20,000 nt of DNA from the sequence record SRR31156797_212; one strand, written 5' to 3'. A program made the position numbers and the translations under genes. Below are positions 8,355 through 15,691 of this stretch, one piece after another (within the stretch, counting starts at the first letter, position 1; every line of letters starts with the position of its first letter). The notes beneath the pieces were generated by a model. That model worked only from the letters and a program-made list of their open reading frames with translations, was not told where the DNA came from and ran no database searches.

Positions 8355-9013
8355 GAATTTAAAGATTGAGAAATTGCCTGAATAACCGATTGAGCTAACA
8401 TTTCTCCAAACAAAACATGTTTTCCGCAATAATTCACTTTTAAACCATTTCCGCATGCAATAGCTGTAGAATCGGTACCTGTTCCTGTTGCAAGTGTTTC
8501 ACTAATCCTGCTTTTAATATTCAGATTTTGCATACAAACTGCCTTAGCTTCGGCTACCATCATCACACATTCCACCATTGCAGCGTCTGTCAATTCTGCA
8601 TTTGTTAAAATTAATATATTAATAGTACCTATCTTTTCACATTCTTCATTCATGAACTGATAATCTGCAACATCTCCTGCTCTTCTGGCATTCGATACTC
8701 CAGCAGTAACCAAAGCTTCAATCCAAACACCCTGCTTCTCAAGTTTAACACGACGAAACGATTTCATATCGGCTGCAGTCATCATCCCAACACAATTTCC
8801 CGCCCATTTTAATCTTTCAGCCATATTTCCCAAAGATATTTCAGGGCTTTCAAAATCGGTTCTTTCTCCTAAAAAGTTAGCATCAACCTTAGTATTAAAA
8901 AAATGATCCGCCAATTGGAAACCTCCCTTTAATATTGCGGAACTCAATATTCTTGTTGGCTTTTCAAATTCAACATGAAAATATTCATCAACATGATCCA
9001 GCTTATACTTCAT
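8351..9013 (-). CDS. cbiZ: Adenosylcobinamide amidohydrolase (CbiZ family)
   Basis: 220 aa; LSSAILKGG, GMMTAADM, VTAGVSNA, GTINILI, AEAK, ATGTGTDS and YCGKH are the characteristic CbiZ motifs. Confidence 0.9.
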   Translation of the reverse strand: MKYKLDHVDEYFHVEFEKPTRILSSAILKGGFQLADHFFNTKVDANFLGERTDFESPEISLGNMAERLKWAGNCVGMMTAADMKSFRRVKLEKQGVWIEALVTAGVSNARRAGDVADYQFMNEECEKIGTINILILTNAELTDAAMVECVMMVAEAKAVCMQNLNIKSRISETLATGTGTDSTAIACGNGLKVNYCGKHVLFGEMLAQSVIQAISQSLNS

Positions 9014-9015
9014 TG

Positions 9016-9963
9016 TTAATCTACTTTTAAATTCTGACCAAAAGCAAAGCTTACTGCTTGTTCATATTTTTTTAATCCAGATGCTTTTTTTATTGCCTTA
9101 TACACTTTTCTCTCCGTTTCGAAATGACACGAGAAATACTCCCAAAATGGCTTCACCTTCTGCAAAACTTGATTATCACCGCTTAAATACGAAGAATATG
9201 TTTCATAAATCTCATCATGAACTTTTTTCAAAATGATTTTCCGTTCACTATCTGTAGGTAATTCCAATCCTTTAATTTTATGAGGCAGCCAAAAATCTTT
9301 CAAAATACCACGTCCAATCATTAAGTGATTTAAACAAGATATTTCTTTCGATAAAACTTCAAAATCCTGACAACTGTTAATGTCACCATTGTAAGCAAAC
9401 TTTTTTCCGTATTCGTTATACAATTGGGCGAATTTTTCCCTGTTTGCAGTTCCTTTGTATAGTTGCTTTCCTATACGCGGATGAATTATTATTTCCTTAA
9501 TATTAAACTGATCTAAAGCCTTTAATACTTCATGAATTTCATTTTCATCAGTTAACCCAAGTCTCATTTTAATACTTAATTCAATCTTATCCTTAAATCC
9601 TTCCGTAATAATATTACCTATCTTTTCAGGATATGGAAGCAAACCGGATCCTTTTCCTCGTTTCGTTACCATTGGATAAGGACAGCCCAAATTCCAATTC
9701 ATTTTAGAATATCCTAAATCGGAAAAATAGCTTTCGAAAAAGCTCATTTCCTCAACTGATCCACATAAAAATTGAGGAATTAAATTATCCGATTTTTCAG
9801 AAAATGGTTCAACTTCTCTTTTATGAGCAGTTTTAAGATCTCCACCATTTTGCAAAACAAGAAAAGGAGTATAGAATTCATCTACACCCCCTATATATTT
9901 TTGATAGGCTCTTCTGAATACCCAATCGGTGTATCCCTGAAGAGGAGCCAAAGAAATTTTCAT
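9016..9963 (-). CDS. tRNA-dihydrouridine synthase family protein
   Basis: 315 aa; LAPLQGYTD, NLGCP (catalytic Cys), GSGLL, SIKMRLG, IHPR, NGDI, MIGRG. Confidence 0.93.
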   Translation of the reverse strand: MKISLAPLQGYTDWVFRRAYQKYIGGVDEFYTPFLVLQNGGDLKTAHKREVEPFSEKSDNLIPQFLCGSVEEMSFFESYFSDLGYSKMNWNLGCPYPMVTKRGKGSGLLPYPEKIGNIITEGFKDKIELSIKMRLGLTDENEIHEVLKALDQFNIKEIIIHPRIGKQLYKGTANREKFAQLYNEYGKKFAYNGDINSCQDFEVLSKEISCLNHLMIGRGILKDFWLPHKIKGLELPTDSERKIILKKVHDEIYETYSSYLSGDNQVLQKVKPFWEYFSCHFETERKVYKAIKKASGLKKYEQAVSFAFGQNLKVD

Positions 9964-9981
9964 CTTTTCTATTTTTGTGAT

Positions 9982-10608
9982 CTAACGACCGAAACTTAAA
10001 ACTCCCAACAATTGCTTTCTTTGACGATAATAGTTCAATCCATCTTTCGTAGCAATACTTTTTACAAATTCGTCAATCATTGTATCGTAAATCGTCCCAA
10101 ATTTAAACCTTTCAGGTGGATACAGTTCAGGATTGTGCATATCTTCCAGACGCGACAGATACATTCTGCCTACCATTTCCCCACTTAAATCATCACGATA
10201 CATTCCTTGTGCAATTCCTTTTTGAATGTTAATCTGAATTTTATCAAAGATAAATTCCATTCTTGATTCCATGTGCTTCGAATAAACTTCTGGAAAGTAT
10301 TTCTCGAATTCCATTGTTATTGATGGAGTTACATGCTCAAACTTATCATTAATTTCCTGACTGACAATGAATAAGATATCAATTGCATTTTGCCCTTCGA
10401 AATTGTATTCTAAAAAAATAGCTTCAAAACTCTTTCGTTCATATTCAAGAATTTTCTCTACCAACTCCTCTTTCGTCTCAACAAAACCTGAGATATCTTT
10501 TTGCGTAACACCAAAATCTTTTATTCGCTCAAATGAAAAATTACTCAATCCATTTTTCAAAAGATAGGCACGCACCTTCTCTATGATCTGCACAAATTCC
10601 TTATCCAT
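9982..10608 (-). CDS. TetR/AcrR-family protein with a degenerate N-terminal HTH
   Basis: 208 aa; KEELVEKIL, NAID, KYFPEVY, NIQKGIAQGMYRDDL and ATKDG resemble Bacteroidota TetR C-terminal domains; the HTH consensus is poorly retained. Confidence 0.75.
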   Translation of the reverse strand: MDKEFVQIIEKVRAYLLKNGLSNFSFERIKDFGVTQKDISGFVETKEELVEKILEYERKSFEAIFLEYNFEGQNAIDILFIVSQEINDKFEHVTPSITMEFEKYFPEVYSKHMESRMEFIFDKIQINIQKGIAQGMYRDDLSGEMVGRMYLSRLEDMHNPELYPPERFKFGTIYDTMIDEFVKSIATKDGLNYYRQRKQLLGVLSFGR

Positions 10609-11029
10609 ATCTATTTAAAGCTATATATTTACCATCAACCGGTCTTTCCAATTCTCTTCTTGAATATAGGCATAAAAATAAGGATTTTTCAATGGTTAAT
10701 TCTATAAGATTTCATCAATTTAAACACATCAACAATAAATCAAGAAAATATTTTAAAATATAGGCTAAAATCAATTTTTTTATTCTTAACAATCTACACC
10801 AATCTCATTTTCCTAATCCAAATGATTCTGTCTCCCTTTACAATCGATGCCTAATTTTGATTATACTGATAATTATTAAATGAGAATAGTACTGTTTATA
10901 CAAAATTCTATTAAGAAAAGAAATACTTATTCACCAATAATTGTCAATTCATTTATTATTTTCGGTTGTTCATAAAAATTAAACAACCTAAAGTATGAGA
11001 ATTAAAAACATATATTAACTTTATTGCTG

Positions 11030-11124
11030 AATGGATACTTTTAATACATAGGGTGATTGAAAGTTCTTTTTCATAAGTAAATTTAAGTAGTAGTTTTTGG
11101 GCGGCTAGTCACCGCCCATTTTTT
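11030..11124 (+). ncRNA. Candidate ~95-nt intergenic small RNA (5' end approximate)
   Basis: A -7-like box (TAACTTTA, 11016-11023) precedes a non-coding U-rich body, which ends in a GC-rich terminator. No + strand gene upstream needs this terminator. Confidence 0.55.
11098..11124 (+). terminator. Intrinsic terminator
   Basis: TGGGCGG-ctagtca-CCGCCCA-TTTTTT. Confidence 0.88.
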
Positions 11125-11194
11125 ATGCCTCATATTGACTTTTCATTTGAATTGTTTTAATTTAATTGATCTAAATAAATTAAAACAAAATACA

Positions 11195-11578
11195 ATGGGA
11201 AATACAATGCATGCCTTTACTTGGGTAGAAATACCCGTTTCTGATTTTGAACGAGCAAAAAAATTCTATTCAAAAATTTTCGATTTTGAAATGCCACAAG
11301 AACAAATGGGAAAAGATTTAATGGGTTTCTTCCAATATGACTTTGAAAATGGAGGTGTTGGTGGAGCCATTGTAAAGGGTGAAATGTACAAGCCTGGCAA
11401 CACAGGCACAATGGCTTATCTTGATGGAGGAGCAGATCTTAATATCGTACTAAACCGCATTGAAGATGCTGGAGGAAAGGTTCAAGTTCCGAAAACACAA
11501 ATAACTCCTGAAATTGGTTTTTTTGCAATATTCAGTGATACCGAAGGCAATCGGGTAGCCTTACATTCCAGAAAATAA
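11195..11578 (+). CDS. VOC (glyoxalase/bleomycin resistance) family protein
   Basis: WVEIPVSDFERAKKFY, GGAI, AGGKV..PKT, GFFAIFSDTEGNRVALHS. ATG 11195 (or 11207), which follows an A-rich leader, is preferred over TTG 11135. Confidence 0.92.
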   Translation: MGNTMHAFTWVEIPVSDFERAKKFYSKIFDFEMPQEQMGKDLMGFFQYDFENGGVGGAIVKGEMYKPGNTGTMAYLDGGADLNIVLNRIEDAGGKVQVPKTQITPEIGFFAIFSDTEGNRVALHSRK

Positions 11579-11586
11579 TAAAGCAA

Positions 11587-11618
11587 TAAGCTGCAATTGA
11601 TCTATTAATTGCAGCTTA
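11587..11618. terminator. Hairpin between the convergent VOC and TlpA genes, probably a bidirectional terminator
   Basis: Perfect 12-bp inverted repeat TAAGCTGCAATT / AATTGCAGCTTA with an 8-nt spacer. Confidence 0.75.
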
Positions 11619-11624
11619 AATATT

Positions 11625-12152
11625 TTACTTTTTTAATAACTCTGTTTCAATAACTTTTTTCATAGCTTCGAATTCTTCTTTATTGAATAGACGAGTAAGA
11701 AAAATTATTTTTCCTTCTCTATCAATAATTACATTTCGAGTTACTCCACTCTCTTTATCGGCAAACTTTATAAAAATTTTAGCTTCATCATCCAATGCTA
11801 TTGGATAGGTAATACCAGTTTTCTTAATCAGTATTTCAGCTTTTTCAATTGGTTCATCTCGATCTAAACCAAACAAAGCAAAATCTTTATTCTTATGAAC
11901 TTGCCATATTTCCTTTTCAATATGAGGCATTTCTTTACGACAAACTCCACACCAGCTGGCAGTAAACTGCAACATTACAACTTTTCCTCTCAAATCGGAA
12001 AGTTTTACTTTACTACCATCAGTCAATTTCATTTCAAAATTAGGAGCCATATCTCCTACTTTCACAATGTATCCTCTTGAGTCTGGTGTATTGGCGACTC
12101 CAGTAAAAACAAATCCCATTAGCAATACAAATGTTAACAATATCTTATTCAT
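11625..12152 (-). CDS. Exported TlpA/ResA-like thiol-disulfide oxidoreductase (AhpC/TSA-redoxin fold)
   Basis: Signal peptide; VGDMAPNF, LSDLRGKVVMLQFTASWCGVCRKEMP (CxxC), TRNVIIDREGKI. Confidence 0.9.
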   Translation of the reverse strand: MNKILLTFVLLMGFVFTGVANTPDSRGYIVKVGDMAPNFEMKLTDGSKVKLSDLRGKVVMLQFTASWCGVCRKEMPHIEKEIWQVHKNKDFALFGLDRDEPIEKAEILIKKTGITYPIALDDEAKIFIKFADKESGVTRNVIIDREGKIIFLTRLFNKEEFEAMKKVIETELLKK

Positions 12153-12247
12153 ACAATTATAATTTATCTTTCTATTTTTATTAAAAGGCTTTCAAACCTA
12201 AATAAAATGAAAGTAATTTCAAATTTAATATTATCTACAGACTTAAA

Positions 12248-12262
12248 TGGCATAATTTATGT
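12248..12262 (+). promoter_or_regulatory. Possible sigma-54-type -24/-12 promoter for the DUF4251 gene
   Basis: TGGCA-TAATTTA-TGT: GG and G(T) are separated by 10 bp, 35 bp upstream of the ATG. The -12 element is GT rather than GC. Confidence 0.35.
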
Positions 12263-12297
12263 CCTATTTAATTCATTAATTTTTAATCAAATACATC

Positions 12298-12804
12298 ATG
12301 AAAAATATAAGTAAGCTTCTTATCATCTTATTCACCCTATCTTTCAATTATTCATTTGCTCAACAGACAAAAAAAGAAGTGCGTCAACAGAAAAAAGAAA
12401 TGAAAGCTATTGAAATAAACCAATTGATCAACCAGAAGCAATTTATTTTTAAAGCCAGTTCTTTAACAAGCAGTTCTGGCTACAACAAAAATCTAAGTTC
12501 TGATTATGACTTAATTCTAAAAAAAGATTCCGTTATGGCATATCTACCATTTTGGGGAAAGGCATATACATCTTCGTTTAATGATGAAGGTGGTATCAAA
12601 TTCAACGAAAAAATGAAAGAATTTCAATATAATGATTTGGAAAAGAAAGGACATATCATCAATTTTTCAGTAAAAACAAAAGATGATACCTTCCACTTTA
12701 ACCTAAATATATCAACACAAGGATATGCTAATGTAACTGTTACATCAAATAATAAAAGTAGAATATCTTATTATGGGCAAATAGAGGCTATTAAGGAAAA
12801 GTAA
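12298..12804 (+). CDS. DUF4251 domain-containing secreted protein
   Basis: Signal peptide ending SFA|QQ; F.F.A, DSVMAYLPFWGKAY, GGIKF, GYANVTV, ISYYG. Confidence 0.85.
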   Translation: MKNISKLLIILFTLSFNYSFAQQTKKEVRQQKKEMKAIEINQLINQKQFIFKASSLTSSSGYNKNLSSDYDLILKKDSVMAYLPFWGKAYTSSFNDEGGIKFNEKMKEFQYNDLEKKGHIINFSVKTKDDTFHFNLNISTQGYANVTVTSNNKSRISYYGQIEAIKEK

Positions 12805-12805
12805 A

Positions 12806-13318
12806 CTAATGCTCTTTTCTTTTAAAATACGTTATCAAGTGATATTTATAATCCTGTTTCTTTTTCTTTAAATATGAAGAGACCGCAAATGCCATTTTTT
12901 TATCATTAATTAAGAACTTTTTAAGCAAATATGCTGATCCTGCATAAGGCAAAACTGAAATTAAAATATCAACTATCTTAATTTTACTATTAAGTGACAA
13001 TAAAATGTAAATTAGCTTAGCGATAATATTACCCAATAAAAATACCAAAGGTGGTGTTAAAACCTTATAATCTACAACACCATGAAAAATTGCATAAACA
13101 ATAATTCCCGGAAACAGAACAGCATCAATTATACCCGCTATCAAACTCCATATTGCTAAAATCCCGCTCACATATAAAATTCGTGAAAATCCATCGGTCT
13201 CAATTATTTGAGTCAAACGTTGTTTATCTGCTTCGGAAAAATGATCAGATTCACTAACAAAACTGCAAAATTGATTGGATTCACATGTGCATTTTTTCGT
13301 ATACAAAAGCTCATTCAT
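12806..13318 (-). CDS. Hypothetical multi-pass membrane protein with an N-terminal Cys cluster
   Basis: 170 aa ORF starting 6 bp after the doxX stop; 3-4 hydrophobic segments and a basic C-terminal tail; no family recognised. Confidence 0.7.
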   Translation of the reverse strand: MNELLYTKKCTCESNQFCSFVSESDHFSEADKQRLTQIIETDGFSRILYVSGILAIWSLIAGIIDAVLFPGIIVYAIFHGVVDYKVLTPPLVFLLGNIIAKLIYILLSLNSKIKIVDILISVLPYAGSAYLLKKFLINDKKMAFAVSSYLKKKKQDYKYHLITYFKRKEH

Positions 13319-13324
13319 TTCTGG

Positions 13325-13741
13325 TTATTTTTGCATAATATTCCGGTACAATTCAGGTAAATTTGCTCTGTACATTAATATTAAACTAAAAATTAATGCA
13401 ACTAAAGCCATTATAAACAACTGCCCATTATCGGATTTAGAACCGTACTCAACCACAATTCCCAGTGGAGTAAATAAATGAAAACCAATAGCTCCAACCA
13501 TCAATCCCGCTGTTATTACAGCTGCAAACTTCCAATAATTTGGTAGGAAAAATAAAATTCCGGCAATTAACTCAATTGCTCCAATTCCAAATCTGCCCCA
13601 TGGCTCCATTCCAATTGTAGAAAAAATATGTATGGCTTCGGGGTGACCAGTAAACTTAAAATGCAATGTTTGTATTAAAATTATTGCTGTTACAATTCGC
13701 AACAACATCTCTATCGCTCTGTATTTTCTTTTTTCTTTCAT
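13325..13741 (-). CDS. DoxX family membrane protein
   Basis: LRIVTAIILIQTLHFKFTGHPEAIHIF..GMEPWGRFGIGAIELIAGIL..GAIGFHL..LGI..DNGQLF. ATG 13741 is preferred over GTG 13765. Confidence 0.85.
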   Translation of the reverse strand: MKEKRKYRAIEMLLRIVTAIILIQTLHFKFTGHPEAIHIFSTIGMEPWGRFGIGAIELIAGILFFLPNYWKFAAVITAGLMVGAIGFHLFTPLGIVVEYGSKSDNGQLFIMALVALIFSLILMYRANLPELYRNIMQK

Positions 13742-13842
13742 AATTTTGAATTCTTGCAATTCCACTTCTAAACTAATAAAAGTATTCTATACCACATATT
13801 AGTATTAACAATTGCAATTTACAATGAAGATTAAAAATATAT

Positions 13843-13858
13843 TGTGATCTGCATTACA
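13843..13858. promoter_or_regulatory. CRP/FNR-family operator-like palindrome
   Basis: TGTGA-TCTGCA-TTACA in the divergent doxX / M28 intergenic region; one mismatch from TGTGA-N6-TCACA. Confidence 0.5.
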
Positions 13859-13910
13859 TTTAGCTTTAACTCGTTAAATCTACCTACATTTAAACAAATT
13901 TGAAAAACAT

Positions 13911-15560
13911 ATGAAATATACAATTACACCTTTACTTATTGTGTTTGTTCTCATTTTTACTTCGTGTAATCCGAAAACCGAAAAACACAATAAAACTAAA
14001 ACTGATGTTTCAATTCCTAGAATGATCAGTTATATCAAAGAATTGGGTTCAGATGAATACCAGGGAAGAAAACCTTTTTCCGCTGGAGAAACCAAAACAA
14101 TTAACTACATCGCCAACCTATATAAAGAAATAGGTTTACAACCAGGAAATGGTAATAGCTATTTTCAGGAAGTGCCTTTGGTTGAAGTGAGTCTAACTCC
14201 GCCAAAAACCATGAAATTAGAAGGAGCTAAAGTTACAAAAAGCTTAAAATACGGTAGTGATTTTGTAGTATTTTCCAGAAGATTACAAACTGAAATTGAA
14301 CTGACAAATTCTGAACTTGTTTTTGCCGGATTTGGTATTGTTGCACCAGAATATGGGTGGAATGATTATAAAAATATCGATGTAAAAGGAAAGACGGTAG
14401 TTGTAATGGTAAACGATCCTGGATTTGGGTCAACCGATAAAAGTTTTTTCAAAGGCAATGAAATGACTTACTATGGCAGATGGACTTATAAATATGAAGA
14501 AGCTGCTCGTCAAGGTGCTGCCGGATTATTAATTATCCATCAAACAAAACCAGCAGGTTATCCTTGGTCTGTAGTTTTAAATTCGGCTTCGGTACCTAAA
14601 CTTTACCAGCAACCTTCAGATAATTACATGTCAAGATGTGCTGTTGAGGGTTGGTTAACCTGGAAAAGTGCACGTAATTTATTCGCCGATTCTGGTAAAA
14701 ATTTACAAGAGGAACTCCAGAAAGCTGCAAAAAAAGGATACAAGCCTTTTTCTTTCAATACAAAAGCAAGTGTAAAATTTAAAAACACCGCCAGATTTGA
14801 CAAAACAAACAATGTACTTGGTATTTTACCGGGAACCGACTTGACTGACGAGTACATCTTTTACTCTGCTCATTGGGATCACTTAGGAATTGGACCAAAA
14901 ATGAAAGGTGATTCAATTTACAATGGTGCCGTTGATAATGGTACATCATTGGCATGGATGTTTGAAATTGCTCGTGCCTTTAAAGCAATGCCAACACAAC
15001 CAAGAAGATCAATTGCTTTCTTTGCTCCTTCAGCTGAAGAATCAGGACTGAATGGTTCCGGGTATTATGCAGATCATCCCATTTTTCCATTAAATAAAAC
15101 CGTTGCTAATATTAATAACGATTTGATGTTGCCTTATGGTAAGATGAAAGATGTGATGATAACGGGTTTTGGACAATCAGAACTCGAAGATTACGTAAAA
15201 GAGGCTGCAGAAAAACAAGGAAGATATATTCTTCCTGACCCAAATCCTCAATCTGGTATGTATTTCAGATCCGATCATTTTAGTTTTGCCAGAGTTGGTA
15301 TTCCTGCATTATTTGCGAGAGGAAATAACGATCATGTAGAAAAAGGCAAAGAATACATGTCGCAAAAAGAACAAGAATGGTTAGCAAATCATTACCATAA
15401 ACCATTTGACGAGTATGAAGAATGGTGGAACCTTGATGGAGTTGCAGAAGATGCCAAATTACTTTTCGATGTGGGTTGGAAGTTAGCAAATGAAGATACT
15501 TTTCCGAACTGGAAAGAAGGATCGGAATTTAAAGCCAGGCGCGACTCTTACATGAAATAA
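13911..15560 (+). CDS. M28 family metallopeptidase with PA domain, lipoprotein
   Basis: Lipobox FTS|C19; GRKP, PA domain (FAGFGIVAPEYGWNDY..YYGRWTYKYEEA); zinc motifs SAHWDH, GAVDNG, AEESGL, RSDH, YHKPFD. Confidence 0.94.
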   Translation: MKYTITPLLIVFVLIFTSCNPKTEKHNKTKTDVSIPRMISYIKELGSDEYQGRKPFSAGETKTINYIANLYKEIGLQPGNGNSYFQEVPLVEVSLTPPKTMKLEGAKVTKSLKYGSDFVVFSRRLQTEIELTNSELVFAGFGIVAPEYGWNDYKNIDVKGKTVVVMVNDPGFGSTDKSFFKGNEMTYYGRWTYKYEEAARQGAAGLLIIHQTKPAGYPWSVVLNSASVPKLYQQPSDNYMSRCAVEGWLTWKSARNLFADSGKNLQEELQKAAKKGYKPFSFNTKASVKFKNTARFDKTNNVLGILPGTDLTDEYIFYSAHWDHLGIGPKMKGDSIYNGAVDNGTSLAWMFEIARAFKAMPTQPRRSIAFFAPSAEESGLNGSGYYADHPIFPLNKTVANINNDLMLPYGKMKDVMITGFGQSELEDYVKEAAEKQGRYILPDPNPQSGMYFRSDHFSFARVGIPALFARGNNDHVEKGKEYMSQKEQEWLANHYHKPFDEYEEWWNLDGVAEDAKLLFDVGWKLANEDTFPNWKEGSEFKARRDSYMK

Positions 15561-15570
15561 ACACTACAAT

Positions 15571-15601
15571 AAAAGACTATCAGAAATGGTAGTCTTTTTT
15601 T
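15571..15601 (+). terminator. Intrinsic terminator after the M28 gene
   Basis: AAAAGACTATCA-GAAA-TGGTAGTC followed by T7; GNRA loop. Confidence 0.88.
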
Positions 15602-15691
15602 CATCCTATCATTCGATTTTGTTAACATCTTTAAAATCATTAAATTTAATTGCAACACAAACTATTTTATCATACAGAATACCACTATATT

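Noticed and set aside
10880-10975. 31-aa ORF MRIVLFIQNS...FGCS
   Set aside because: Short AT-rich ORF expected by chance, with no supporting motif.
11031-11051. 6-codon ORF MDTFNT as an attenuator leader peptide
   Set aside because: No run of regulatory codons and no evident antiterminator, and it would be essentially leaderless. It cannot be fully excluded without ribosome profiling.
11625-12152. Selenoprotein or recoding in the thioredoxin-like gene
   Set aside because: Ordinary WCGVC motif, no in-frame TGA and no frameshift.
12804-12806. DUF4251 and the hypothetical gene converge with a 1-bp gap and no terminator
   Set aside because: Real, but no functional link is apparent; most simply explained by compact gene packing.
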